64,000 nt of DNA from Thermofilaceae archaeon (GCA_038727095.1 JAVYWK010000004.1:23802-87801); one strand, 5' to 3'; counted from the first letter of the stretch, positions 48,963 to 57,958 are shown. The notes: generated from the sequence alone by a model not told the origin. Program-made: numbers and translations.

Positions 48963-51900
48963 TTAGACTTTTTTACCGTAATTGGCTACTACTATTGCCA
49001 GATCCTTATAGTCTACTGTTCCATCCTCGTTTATGTCTGCATCATAATTGTACTCGGGCTGGCCGATCATGGATCCATATGATGATGTGAGGATGGCGAT
49101 ATCCCTGTAATTGACCTTCCAGTCCAAGTTTATGTCGCCAAGCAGTATCACTGTTAAGCGGAGAGGGTAGGTGAATGGAAGATAGCCCTCTTTAACCACG
49201 TTTATGTCGATCTTGTGGACGCCTGCGTCCAAGCCGGTTATTACAGTCGCGTAGGATCCGTCTCCTCTATCTTCGAGAAGGTGAACTTTTCCTCCTATTG
49301 TAGCTGTTGTGCTTGCGCCTTTAACGGCTTTTCCCTCGATATTGAAAGCGCGAACTACCACCATAAACGCTCTACCTGGCTTCAGCCTCGTGACGTTGAC
49401 GGTGGCAACGGCGAACAGGGCGTCAAAAGCGACACTGATCGGGATGTACACCCTGGAGGTAGCCACTGTGACCAATAAGCCGCCGGAGTATAGCCACAGG
49501 GAGGGGGACGGCGGCGCGGCGAACTTGATCCTTACGGGAATCTCCTGTCCCTCCTTCACGCTGAGGATCTCTTGGGGCTCTACTGACGCTACAACATCTT
49601 TTACATTGCCCACAACTGACACTTTAAGAGAGTGCAAGTCCATCGCTGCCTTGAGCTTCACTACAACCTCTTTGCTCTCTCCGACTCCCAGCTTCAAGTC
49701 CAGCCTATCAACGTTGGTGGTTATGCTCGGCTTCAGCAGCACCATACGGTACTCTAAACCTTGCTGTGGTGCTTCTACCCCCCGTACGTAGATCTTCCAG
49801 TCCCCCACTTCGGGGTTGTAGACAGAGACTGAGATGTAGCCAATATCTTCGGTGTAAACGACATTACTTTCGTAGAATGATAGCTTGTACCCGCTGGGGG
49901 AAACCAGCTCTACGCTCAACTTGCTCCCGCTGTAGGATAGCTTAACCCCAAGGTAGGGGGTTCCCGCGGACACGGTTGCTGAAACCTCCTTTATTTCTCC
50001 GACTCTAATTCTATCCACTATAACTCTTTCAGCAGCTAAGCCGATGATCCTCTGAGATAAGCTGATGTAGAGCCTCTGAAGGTCTTCAGGACTAGGCGAG
50101 TAAAAGTACTGGCCACCAGTCATCTCCGCTACTTTTCTCATCCTATCCTCATCTATATCCTTCTTTTCCCCGAAACCAAGGGTGTATACTCGCACCCCCA
50201 GCGAGCGAGCTCTATTAGCGGCTTCCTCCGGAGTATGTGTACCAGCGTTGTGCATTCCATCGGTCAGCAGAATGACCGCTCTTACTCCCGTTACGGCCGT
50301 TAAATGATCCAGCGCTAGCCATAACCCATCCCCAATTGCCGTACTTCCTCCGGGCTCAAGCTGGTTTATCGCTTCATATAGCACACTTCTATTACTAGTC
50401 AGGTCGCTCACAAGTTGAGCTATAGTAGAGAACTTGACTAGACCCACTCGATCACTCCTCGATATTAAGGAGACAAAGCTCTTGGCAGCTTGCTTTGCCG
50501 CATCGATTTTCCTCGCACCCTTGAACTGGTCGGCCATGCTTCCGGAGACGTCGATGACGAGGAACACATTGATTCCACCTTCTGTAGATTCTTTCCCTCC
50601 CCTTCTCCTAGCCATGTCGATTCTGTACTTGTCGAACTCACCGTACACCAGGCATGTGTAACTTATCATATTGGCTATTATTGAATCGTATTCTTTTTTA
50701 TATTCTTTGAGCATATTTTCAAAATTGTTACGTATCTCATTTGCATTAGTAAGTCCCCATAATTTTAATAATTCTGAATACATATTCCCGAGCGTGTTAT
50801 CGCTGAGACTGAGTATTCCTTCGCAATACTCGATGAGAATCGTGTATAGTAGGTACTTTAAGTATAGCAAGGATAGTACGTTGTCCAACGTTGGTATTTC
50901 TTCATTATTAAGCAGTTTGCTAAGTTTATGATGCATGACGTGGAAAAGTTCTCTAGCTAGTAAAGAGTGAGATGTGTGCAAGCCGAGGAAGGTTGTAAGA
51001 TCGTCATTGAGCGAGACGATGTAATCCTTTATAGCGCTAATCATCGAGCCTATCGCTATGTTCCTTAGGCTTCTTAACGCGTAATACTGTACGAAGGTGT
51101 TTAAATAATCGGGTTGCAACTGGCCGCTCCATAATCCTGATGATAAACGGGAAAACTCAGCGAAATGTCCAACGGGGTTTTGACTGTTACGGAATAACAG
51201 GTATGCCCCAGTGTTTCTCAATAACAATCCTCCCACTAGACTCTCGATCCCCTTAATGAGGTCTGGATTGGCTGCGGCGGTAGCGTACGCAACCATGAAA
51301 TAATACTCGATCAAATCCGAGGATTTGTCTAGAGAATCCATCCCCTTTCTAATACTTTTAATGAGTTCCTTGAATTTTTCATCAGTTGTTTTAGTTATGA
51401 TATTTTGTAGTTCCCCAAGGGCTTCATCATCATAGCTTAGCATAAGGGCTAAAGCCCAAAATAGCTTGGGATTTTTTTCTGGACTTAACTTGAACTTCTC
51501 TTGTAGTTTATTCAAGTCTGAAACTAAATCAAGAGTGCACTTGGCTATCAGTAGCGCCCAGCCGATTACACCGGCAGGAGGTACCAAGACGGCAAGTATG
51601 ATTCCGGTTCCAATGTTGATGAAAATGATCTTCCATTTTTCCCTTTCGTATAGTTGCAAACCTGTCACGTAAGATTGATTCCAGTAGAGTTTGAGATTAT
51701 GGTAGCTATGCACCTCATCAAAGTCTTTTTCGAGTGGTTTGTGTTTGTCGAAAGCGAGTAGCGATATTAGCTGAAGAGCAAGGTCATCGGCTTTAGGTGT
51801 TGTCATCCAGTCATCCCCCAGAACTACCGATTTGTGACTCTGCGAGTATATTATGTAATGACCGGAAGAAAGGTAATACACACTTAGTTCAACGTCTCCA

Positions 51901-52103
51901 AACTTGAGGTTTCTTTTTTCAGTTATTGTCTCTCCATTCAATAAGTACTTTTTAACCTCTTCATCTACGCTATCAATAGAGCGCGCTAGAGGTTGAGGGA
52001 TTACTGTGGATTGCAGTATCAGTAGTACCAGTATGATCGCCATGAGTCTCTTAGATCCTTTTCCCTCAAGTTTGACCAAGGCTTTGAAACTAAGCATTTC
52101 CAC
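48963..52103 (-). CDS. Secreted protein: unknown helical domain, vWA, Ig-like domains, dockerin
   Basis: Signal peptide; MIDAS 'DVSGSM...GSTAIGDG...ILLTDG'; C-terminal duplicated Ca-binding loops 'GDINLDWKVNYRDI' and 'ADINEDGTVDYKDL'. Confidence 0.88.
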   Translation of the reverse strand: MEMLSFKALVKLEGKGSKRLMAIILVLLILQSTVIPQPLARSIDSVDEEVKKYLLNGETITEKRNLKFGDVELSVYYLSSGHYIIYSQSHKSVVLGDDWMTTPKADDLALQLISLLAFDKHKPLEKDFDEVHSYHNLKLYWNQSYVTGLQLYEREKWKIIFINIGTGIILAVLVPPAGVIGWALLIAKCTLDLVSDLNKLQEKFKLSPEKNPKLFWALALMLSYDDEALGELQNIITKTTDEKFKELIKSIRKGMDSLDKSSDLIEYYFMVAYATAAANPDLIKGIESLVGGLLLRNTGAYLLFRNSQNPVGHFAEFSRLSSGLWSGQLQPDYLNTFVQYYALRSLRNIAIGSMISAIKDYIVSLNDDLTTFLGLHTSHSLLARELFHVMHHKLSKLLNNEEIPTLDNVLSLLYLKYLLYTILIEYCEGILSLSDNTLGNMYSELLKLWGLTNANEIRNNFENMLKEYKKEYDSIIANMISYTCLVYGEFDKYRIDMARRRGGKESTEGGINVFLVIDVSGSMADQFKGARKIDAAKQAAKSFVSLISRSDRVGLVKFSTIAQLVSDLTSNRSVLYEAINQLEPGGSTAIGDGLWLALDHLTAVTGVRAVILLTDGMHNAGTHTPEEAANRARSLGVRVYTLGFGEKKDIDEDRMRKVAEMTGGQYFYSPSPEDLQRLYISLSQRIIGLAAERVIVDRIRVGEIKEVSATVSAGTPYLGVKLSYSGSKLSVELVSPSGYKLSFYESNVVYTEDIGYISVSVYNPEVGDWKIYVRGVEAPQQGLEYRMVLLKPSITTNVDRLDLKLGVGESKEVVVKLKAAMDLHSLKVSVVGNVKDVVASVEPQEILSVKEGQEIPVRIKFAAPPSPSLWLYSGGLLVTVATSRVYIPISVAFDALFAVATVNVTRLKPGRAFMVVVRAFNIEGKAVKGASTTATIGGKVHLLEDRGDGSYATVITGLDAGVHKIDINVVKEGYLPFTYPLRLTVILLGDINLDWKVNYRDIAILTSSYGSMIGQPEYNYDADINEDGTVDYKDLAIVVANYGKKV

Positions 52104-52992
52104 TCACCCTGAAGTAGAGATCGAAAGCTCCTTGGACGCTGATCGAATCCCCGTTATTGAGTTTCACGTACCCTCTGCCTTTTATCGGGATACTGTTGAC
52201 CAAGGTGGGGTTTGTGCTGTAGGCATCAATTATGTACCATCCATCGCGGCCTTTAACTATCCTGAACTGCCCACCCTTAGATCTCCTCGTGATGTAGGCC
52301 AGTTTATCAGGAGCTAAGAAGCCAGCGAAGTCCTCCCTTCCGTACACTCTATCCTTGCTGGTTGTGCGGAACACAACTCTACCGCTCCTATCGATGAGGC
52401 TATAAGCTGTAGCCGTTTTCTTCAGCTGTTGCACGGCTAGCGTTGCTGCAACAACTGCTAGGGTTGAGAGAACTAGGACTACAATCCACGTAAAGGGAAG
52501 GCCGCTTTCTCTTTTGACTATGCTGTAGGGTGTAGCTCTCCTTGTACTTACTCTCGCCGTGTTTGGCTCAAGAAGTACTTGCAGGTCGTTTCCCTTGGCA
52601 TCGGCGGCCACAAGGTAGATGAGCGTCACGCTAGCTGGTGCGTCTAGCTTGTACCTGAATTTGAGCTCAGCTATAACTGTCTCATTAGGCTGAGTTTTTA
52701 AAGTGTAAAAAACGTACGCTTTCTGCGTTTCCAGTATTACCCATTCGTTGACGGGGGTGACGTTTAGAAGTTCTAGTGAATCTGTGGTGTATGATAGGTT
52801 AAATTCACCGGCTTTTACGAGGCTTCCCCCCTCAAGTATAACCAGCTTCAGTATGAATATACCACCCGGTTCAACTTCGACCCCTTCGGGGATGAGTCCA
52901 GCTTTGACACTGATAATGGGCTGTGAAAAGGAAACGGTGAGGATTGTTAGCAACAGCGTGCAAGTAAAGATACTCTTCCCCCCCATTAACAC
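52090..52992 (-). CDS. Cohesin-like ectodomain, TM, FHA domain
   Basis: 'VEPGGIFILKLVI...KAGEFNLSYTTDSLELLNV...IAELKF...AADAKGN' follows the cohesin pattern; TM; FHA 'YGREDF...ITRR...DAYSTNPTLVN...LNNGDSI'. Confidence 0.8.
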   Translation of the reverse strand: MLMGGKSIFTCTLLLTILTVSFSQPIISVKAGLIPEGVEVEPGGIFILKLVILEGGSLVKAGEFNLSYTTDSLELLNVTPVNEWVILETQKAYVFYTLKTQPNETVIAELKFRYKLDAPASVTLIYLVAADAKGNDLQVLLEPNTARVSTRRATPYSIVKRESGLPFTWIVVLVLSTLAVVAATLAVQQLKKTATAYSLIDRSGRVVFRTTSKDRVYGREDFAGFLAPDKLAYITRRSKGGQFRIVKGRDGWYIIDAYSTNPTLVNSIPIKGRGYVKLNNGDSISVQGAFDLYFRVSGNA

Positions 52993-53181
52993 CCCCTAGC
53001 TTCAGTTAGGTCGATTTAAGTTTGAACCTAAACCGAGAAATCCTTGAAAAGGTATTAACTTCCTCCATCCTTCTTTGCGGTCTGCTTTAAGCAAAGGATG
53101 GAGAGTAATCGAATTGACCAGCAGAAGAATTCCATTTTTCAGTGGATACGCTATTTCCATGCTCTCGATAGTAAAATAGGT

Positions 53182-53202
53182 TTAAGGGTTATATATAACC
53201 TT
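53182..53202. promoter_or_regulatory. Palindromic TATA element upstream of the cohesin-FHA/vWA-dockerin operon
   Basis: GGTTATATATAACC is a perfect palindrome; TTAAGGGTTATAT also occurs upstream of 29789-30418 (30431-30443). Confidence 0.5.
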
Positions 53203-53281
53203 CGTTTTAGTTAAACTTTTAAATCCAATAAAGGATTCGTCGCATACGCTCAAAATAACTCTGATATTAGCGACAGAGAGT

Positions 53282-54412
53282 TTAAGAAGGAAGTTCCCTT
53301 AGGATCTCCAGAAGCCTAGGGATGTTGTAGAGGGCTGGTCTTTCCTCTCTTATCTCGCCCGTTAGTTTCTGGAGAACTCGTAGCCCTGCGCCGATTAGGT
53401 CAAGAGCTTCGCCGATAGAACGTCGTGTTTCCTCGTTTATACCATCCATCGATAGGCTACTTAATCTATCATGAAGCGACTCCAACTCCTTCAACAGGTT
53501 CTCACCAGCTTCGGGAGTTTTCAACTCGTTTCCTAGAGCTTCTACCCTTCCTCTGAGCTCCTGTATCATCTTTTCTAAGCGTGCAATCTCGATACGGTAC
53601 TTCCCCTCCCCTTCAATAAGAGCTTTGGCCTTGAAAATCTGCAAGGATTTCTCGGCTTGATTCAACTCGTCTACCAGCTTTTTAAGTAAGGCTTCACGCT
53701 CCTTCGCGATAGCATCGGGTTGCTGTGGAAATCCAGCCTTGCTGGCAAGCCGCAGAATCCTCTGTGCAAGCTCCCTCGATTTTTTCTCCAAATCCTCTAG
53801 TTCAGCCCTGTGGTTGACCCCCCTTATCCTCGAATCAAGCTCTAACGCCTCGCTGCTTACTCTAAGCCTTTCAAGCTCATCCCTGATCATCCTTAGAGCT
53901 GTAATCAGTGCTCTTGCATAATTCTTCAATGCATTCCCAACTTTCAGGAATATACCCGTGTATACTTTTAGCAACTCGCTGTAAACCTTATCATCAACCT
54001 TACCCTTTTCTTCTCTCAGCTTCTCCAGACGATCGCATTCCGTTCTGAAAGCTTTCAATAGATCCGTGAGGTTTTGAGATGGTAGAGGCTCCAGATCCTT
54101 CGTCGCGTCGGGGCTGGTGACGTCAACTATCTCCCTCCACTTTTTACTGTACTCTGTTTCAGTTATCAAGCCCATAATGAAGGATGCATCGAGCTCGTTC
54201 AGCCTAGATTTCAGCCTGTTAACGACCGAATCTGAGGGAGGGATCTTAAGAATGGTTAAGTAGCCTTCATCCTCCAACATGAAGAGAGCTTCTTCAAGCT
54301 CTCTCCTTGACACTCTCAACCTCTCTAGAGCATCGTCAATTTTGAAGACCACCCTTTCACTCTTAAACTCTTTCAAATAATTGAGCAGTCTTGATTTCAA
54401 GTCCTCCATCAT
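53282..54412 (-). CDS. Soluble protein: winged helix plus CdvA-like coiled coils
   Basis: 'RLLNYLK...ALERLRVSRRELEEALFMLEDEGYL', then 'LNELDASFIMGLITETEY' and 'LEKLREEKGKVDDKVYSELLKVY' with long heptad runs. Confidence 0.75.
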   Translation of the reverse strand: MMEDLKSRLLNYLKEFKSERVVFKIDDALERLRVSRRELEEALFMLEDEGYLTILKIPPSDSVVNRLKSRLNELDASFIMGLITETEYSKKWREIVDVTSPDATKDLEPLPSQNLTDLLKAFRTECDRLEKLREEKGKVDDKVYSELLKVYTGIFLKVGNALKNYARALITALRMIRDELERLRVSSEALELDSRIRGVNHRAELEDLEKKSRELAQRILRLASKAGFPQQPDAIAKEREALLKKLVDELNQAEKSLQIFKAKALIEGEGKYRIEIARLEKMIQELRGRVEALGNELKTPEAGENLLKELESLHDRLSSLSMDGINEETRRSIGEALDLIGAGLRVLQKLTGEIREERPALYNIPRLLEILRELPS

Positions 54413-54728
54413 GTTCAGCTAAAAAAGAGAAGATAAAAACTTCGCTCTACGAAGCTAATGATGCTCACCATTGGTTAAAGACCCCTACATAAGGAGGCAG
54501 AGAACAAGAGTACGGTGAACCTCTCGCGGTAGTATGATCCTCTACCCCCACAGTTTCGAGAGTTCTCTCAAGGCTTGCGTACTCGCTAGACCTCTTTTTT
54601 GCTCTTCTCGAAAATTGCTTTAATGGCCACGTTAAAATTGCCCTAAGGGCTGCTAGTAACCATCCAAGTTAAGGCTCTGAGCGGAGCTTTTGTCAGTGAT
54701 GAGGGTTAAAAAGGTGTAAGGTTGAAGG

Positions 54729-54986
54729 ATGGGTGTGAGTTCAGAATACGTAGAAGTGCTTTTAAGGAAAAAGCCAGTAGAGGATGAATGCGTGGTTCTC
54801 CTCAAAGGAGAAGGGGTCTGCAAAATCGTTAAAATATACAGTGTTTCGGGGGTCAGCCTGCGTGATACTGGAAAGCCAACGACCCCCTCAGGGCCAGTAT
54901 GTCCTTACTGCGGAGGTAAGCCTATGCTTCTGCGCAGTATTGGTAGATGGTATTGTTTTAATTGTAAGAAATACATTTTCCAGTGA
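54729..54986 (+). CDS. Small Zn-ribbon protein
   Basis: C-terminal CPYCG-x12-YCFNCKKYIF. Confidence 0.7.
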   Translation: MGVSSEYVEVLLRKKPVEDECVVLLKGEGVCKIVKIYSVSGVSLRDTGKPTTPSGPVCPYCGGKPMLLRSIGRWYCFNCKKYIFQ

Positions 54987-55516
54987 CTAGGCAAGTAAGA
55001 TGTTAGCAGGCTCGATAAGAGGCCGAGATTTAGAATAAAAATAAGCAAAAGAGGATAGACGAAAGGAGGTTCTTGAAGTATAATTAACTAATTATTTGGA
55101 AATATTACTAAGTTTATAAGCAATATATCTGTTATTTTAAAGAAATATCATAAGCTTGCAAAATAATTTTTAATATTAAATTTTAATCTAATTTAACATA
55201 ATGGTCATTGATATACCGTTATCCGTATATGATATGGCAACTCTCTTCCTTTAACTCATTACTGATTTCAATAGTTAACTAGCTTTGAACAGTGACTATT
55301 ATCCTATGGTATCTCACAAATACACATTGCTACGATACCGAAGATTACAGTTAGAGTTTTCTCGAGAGGAGGAAGCCTAGATCGTGAGCATAAATGGATT
55401 TGGAAGGTGAAGCAGAGGTTACATGCTAGTATGAGGGGTATGAATTCAGTCTTAGTAGTGATAAATGTGCTCTATATCCAGCGTTAAATGTTCAGATCTA
55501 AAGCTTTGCATATTAC

Positions 55517-56149
55517 TCAACTTCTCGGTGAATGGCATTCATCGGTAATGATAAATTTTAGTAGTTCATCTGAAACTTTCTTCCATCCTTTTACTCTTCT
55601 ATCCCTCATTAGACGAATGTAGTTACACATTTTTTCCCTACTGCAGCAGCGTAGTAGGACAGGTAGGATTTCGGAGCGGGCTGGGTGCTTGAAGTAGATC
55701 AGGTCGATGGCCGTCTTCTCGGGGTCTGAAACTCTCACTTCCTCGCCGAGCTCCTCGACGTGGAGGTAGGTGTAGCCGAAGTACATCTTCTCCGAGATCC
55801 TCCTCAGGATTACCTTGTAGCCCGCAACCTCGCGCACTCCACCTCTAACGGTTGACGAGACGCAGGGTGAGAGGATGACCACGGCGGTCACCTGGTTCCA
55901 GGCCCCGTGTAGGAAGGCGGCCGCGCCCAGCCCGACGTAGGCTTTGGGTAGGGCTTTCACTGCCAGGTAGGGGGATTTCTTGAAGGAGTATACCCCCTTG
56001 AAGACCTCGACGATCTCCCCCCTCTTCTTCAGGTTGTGGATGAGGACTTTCGCGTAGCTCCCCCCTACGATCGACTTCACTGTCCTGTACGTGAAGAGCG
56101 TTGAGCGGTGCAGCAGCTCCAGCTGCCTAGCGTACTTTTTGCGAGGCAA
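55517..56149 (-). CDS. AbiEi-like type IV antitoxin / transcriptional regulator
   Basis: N-terminal wHTH ('LKKRGEIVEVFKGVY'), 'AAFLHG', 'VSDPEKTAIDLIY'. Confidence 0.85.
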   Translation of the reverse strand: MPRKKYARQLELLHRSTLFTYRTVKSIVGGSYAKVLIHNLKKRGEIVEVFKGVYSFKKSPYLAVKALPKAYVGLGAAAFLHGAWNQVTAVVILSPCVSSTVRGGVREVAGYKVILRRISEKMYFGYTYLHVEELGEEVRVSDPEKTAIDLIYFKHPARSEILPVLLRCCSREKMCNYIRLMRDRRVKGWKKVSDELLKFIITDECHSPRS

Positions 56150-56780
56150 CCCTCCTCACCTTCTCCACAATCGTTCTGAAGCTGGGAGCCCTACCGGCTA
56201 GGATCAGCTCGTCAAGGAGGCTGTAGTCCTCGGGCGGCTCAGTGAGCGCGGCGAGGAGGGATTGGGCGGCTCTCCGCAGCCTCTCCGCGTCTTCGCAGAA
56301 GTCCAGCATGTAGTAGGCGTCGTAGAGATCCCTAGCCTTGCGCCTGTCGATGTAGGCTGAGACCTTCTCCTCAAGCAGGGCGCAGGGGGAGAGGGCTTTA
56401 ACGACGAGCTTCGTACCGTCCACGAGCCAGTACTCCGCCTCCACTGCATCCACCTCCTTTAAGGGGCGAGCCGCTTCAACCTCAACGGTTTCTCCATCGC
56501 TGACGCGGAGGTACAAGTATCCGGATCCCGTGATCATGGAGTGGGGGAGATTGAAGCTTCTGGAGAGAACCTCCGGTATTCTTTCGGGCTGCGGGCAGTA
56601 GAGGTCTATGTCGTAGGAGAACCTCTTACCACCGTACACCCTCCAGACGGCTGTCCCACCCCTAAGCACGAAGTCCACGTGCTTGGAAAGCTCCACTATC
56701 ACAGCGTCCTGGAGCTCGGCTATCCGCAGCATCTTTCCTCTCAGCATGTGTATGAGAGGGATTCTCGAGGCCATTTCCAT
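56127..56780 (-). CDS. AbiEii/AbiGii-like nucleotidyltransferase toxin
   Basis: 'VLRGGTA...RFSYDIDL', 'EKVSA', 'RKARDLYD'. Confidence 0.9.
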   Translation of the reverse strand: MEMASRIPLIHMLRGKMLRIAELQDAVIVELSKHVDFVLRGGTAVWRVYGGKRFSYDIDLYCPQPERIPEVLSRSFNLPHSMITGSGYLYLRVSDGETVEVEAARPLKEVDAVEAEYWLVDGTKLVVKALSPCALLEEKVSAYIDRRKARDLYDAYYMLDFCEDAERLRRAAQSLLAALTEPPEDYSLLDELILAGRAPSFRTIVEKVRRVASQKVR

Positions 56781-56786
56781 AGACTT

Positions 56787-56808
56787 AGGTTATAAAAGTA
56801 TATAACCT
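56787..56808. promoter_or_regulatory. Inverted-repeat operator candidate for the AbiE operon
   Basis: AGGTTATA-N6-TATAACCT sits just upstream of the toxin ATG and overlaps the TATA region. Confidence 0.55.
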
Positions 56809-56965
56809 TAATCCACCATAAACCGTCTAGGTGAGGCAAAAACGGAGGCCTGTCCCGCACCGGTGCCCCTCTACAAAGTTTGTGGCGCTGCTGGAGGCGC
56901 TGTCCAGCTGCGGTGGCAGCCCGATGCGTTAACCCTAATTACGGCCCCAATCCGACCGTTTCCGC

Positions 56966-57958
56966 GTGGGAAGGCTCCGGATCGGGTTTATCGGGAGTGG
57001 GGGTATTGCAGCCGCGCATGCCTCGCGTTTAGCCAGGATGGAGGATGTCGAGCTCGCGGCGTTCTCCGACGTGGATCTCGGTAGAGCGCGCATGCTCGCG
57101 GAGAGGTACGGTGGGAGAGCGTACGCGGATTGGAGGGAGATGCTGGAGCGCGAGAAGCTGGACGCCGTGTTCATCTGCCTGCCGCCCTTCGCGCACACGG
57201 ACGAGGTTGAGGTGGCGGCTGAGAGGGGCGTCCACGTTTACATCGAGAAACCGATCGCGCTCAGCGTGGAGCAGGCTTATCGGATGGTTAGGGCTGTGGA
57301 GAAGCACGGGGTGAAGAGCCAGGTCGGCTACCAGCTCCGCTTCAGCTTTGCAGGCGAGAGGACGAAGCAGCTGGTGGAGTCGGGCGAGCTGGGGAGGGTG
57401 GGCCTGGTCGCCGGGCTTTACTGGTGCCGCTTCATCCGCACGGACTGGTGGATCGACAAGACCAAGAGCGGCGGTCAGCTGGTGGAGCAGTCCACCCACC
57501 TCTACGATCTTCTGAGGTGGTTCTGCGGGGATGTCTCTCTGGTGTACGCGGAGATGGATAGGCTGTTCTACAGGGATCTCCCGGGGATGACGATTGAGGA
57601 TACCAGCGGCGTTGTGCTGCGCTTCAAGTCCGGTGCGATAGGCGTCGTTTCCTCAACCATCGGGGCGGTGCCGGATCAGTGGTGGGTGAAGTGGAGCATC
57701 GTCGGCAGCGACGCGACGCTGGAGGCGGAGGGTGCTGAGAGCCTGAGGATCTACCGGAGCGCTCGCAGGCCTTTGACCGTGGAGGAGTACAGGGAGTACG
57801 GGCGGGACCCGATGATGCTGGCTGAGAGGGACTTCATCGAGGCCATCCTGCACGATCGAGAGACGCGAGTACCCATAAGCGAGGGAGCGAAGACGCTGAA
57901 GCTGACTCTAGCGGCTGTCGAGTCGGCGGAGAAGAGGGTGCCGGTCCCCGTCGAGTAG
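56966..57958 (+). CDS. Gfo/Idh/MocA-family oxidoreductase
   Basis: 'IGSGGIA', 'HVYIEKP', 'SGGQLVEQSTHLYD'. Confidence 0.93.
   Translation: MGRLRIGFIGSGGIAAAHASRLARMEDVELAAFSDVDLGRARMLAERYGGRAYADWREMLEREKLDAVFICLPPFAHTDEVEVAAERGVHVYIEKPIALSVEQAYRMVRAVEKHGVKSQVGYQLRFSFAGERTKQLVESGELGRVGLVAGLYWCRFIRTDWWIDKTKSGGQLVEQSTHLYDLLRWFCGDVSLVYAEMDRLFYRDLPGMTIEDTSGVVLRFKSGAIGVVSSTIGAVPDQWWVKWSIVGSDATLEAEGAESLRIYRSARRPLTVEEYREYGRDPMMLAERDFIEAILHDRETRVPISEGAKTLKLTLAAVESAEKRVPVPVE

Noticed and set aside
48963-52992. Cellulosome
   Set aside because: There is a single cohesin-like domain, no scaffoldin, and no glycoside hydrolase on the dockerin protein.
53282-54412. True cell-division cdvA
   Set aside because: No N-terminal PRC barrel and no adjacent cdvB/cdvC; only the coil pattern is similar.
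54670-54730. C/D-box sRNA (GTGATGA near 54696; similar near 44500)
   Set aside because: No properly spaced CTGA D and D' boxes could be assigned.
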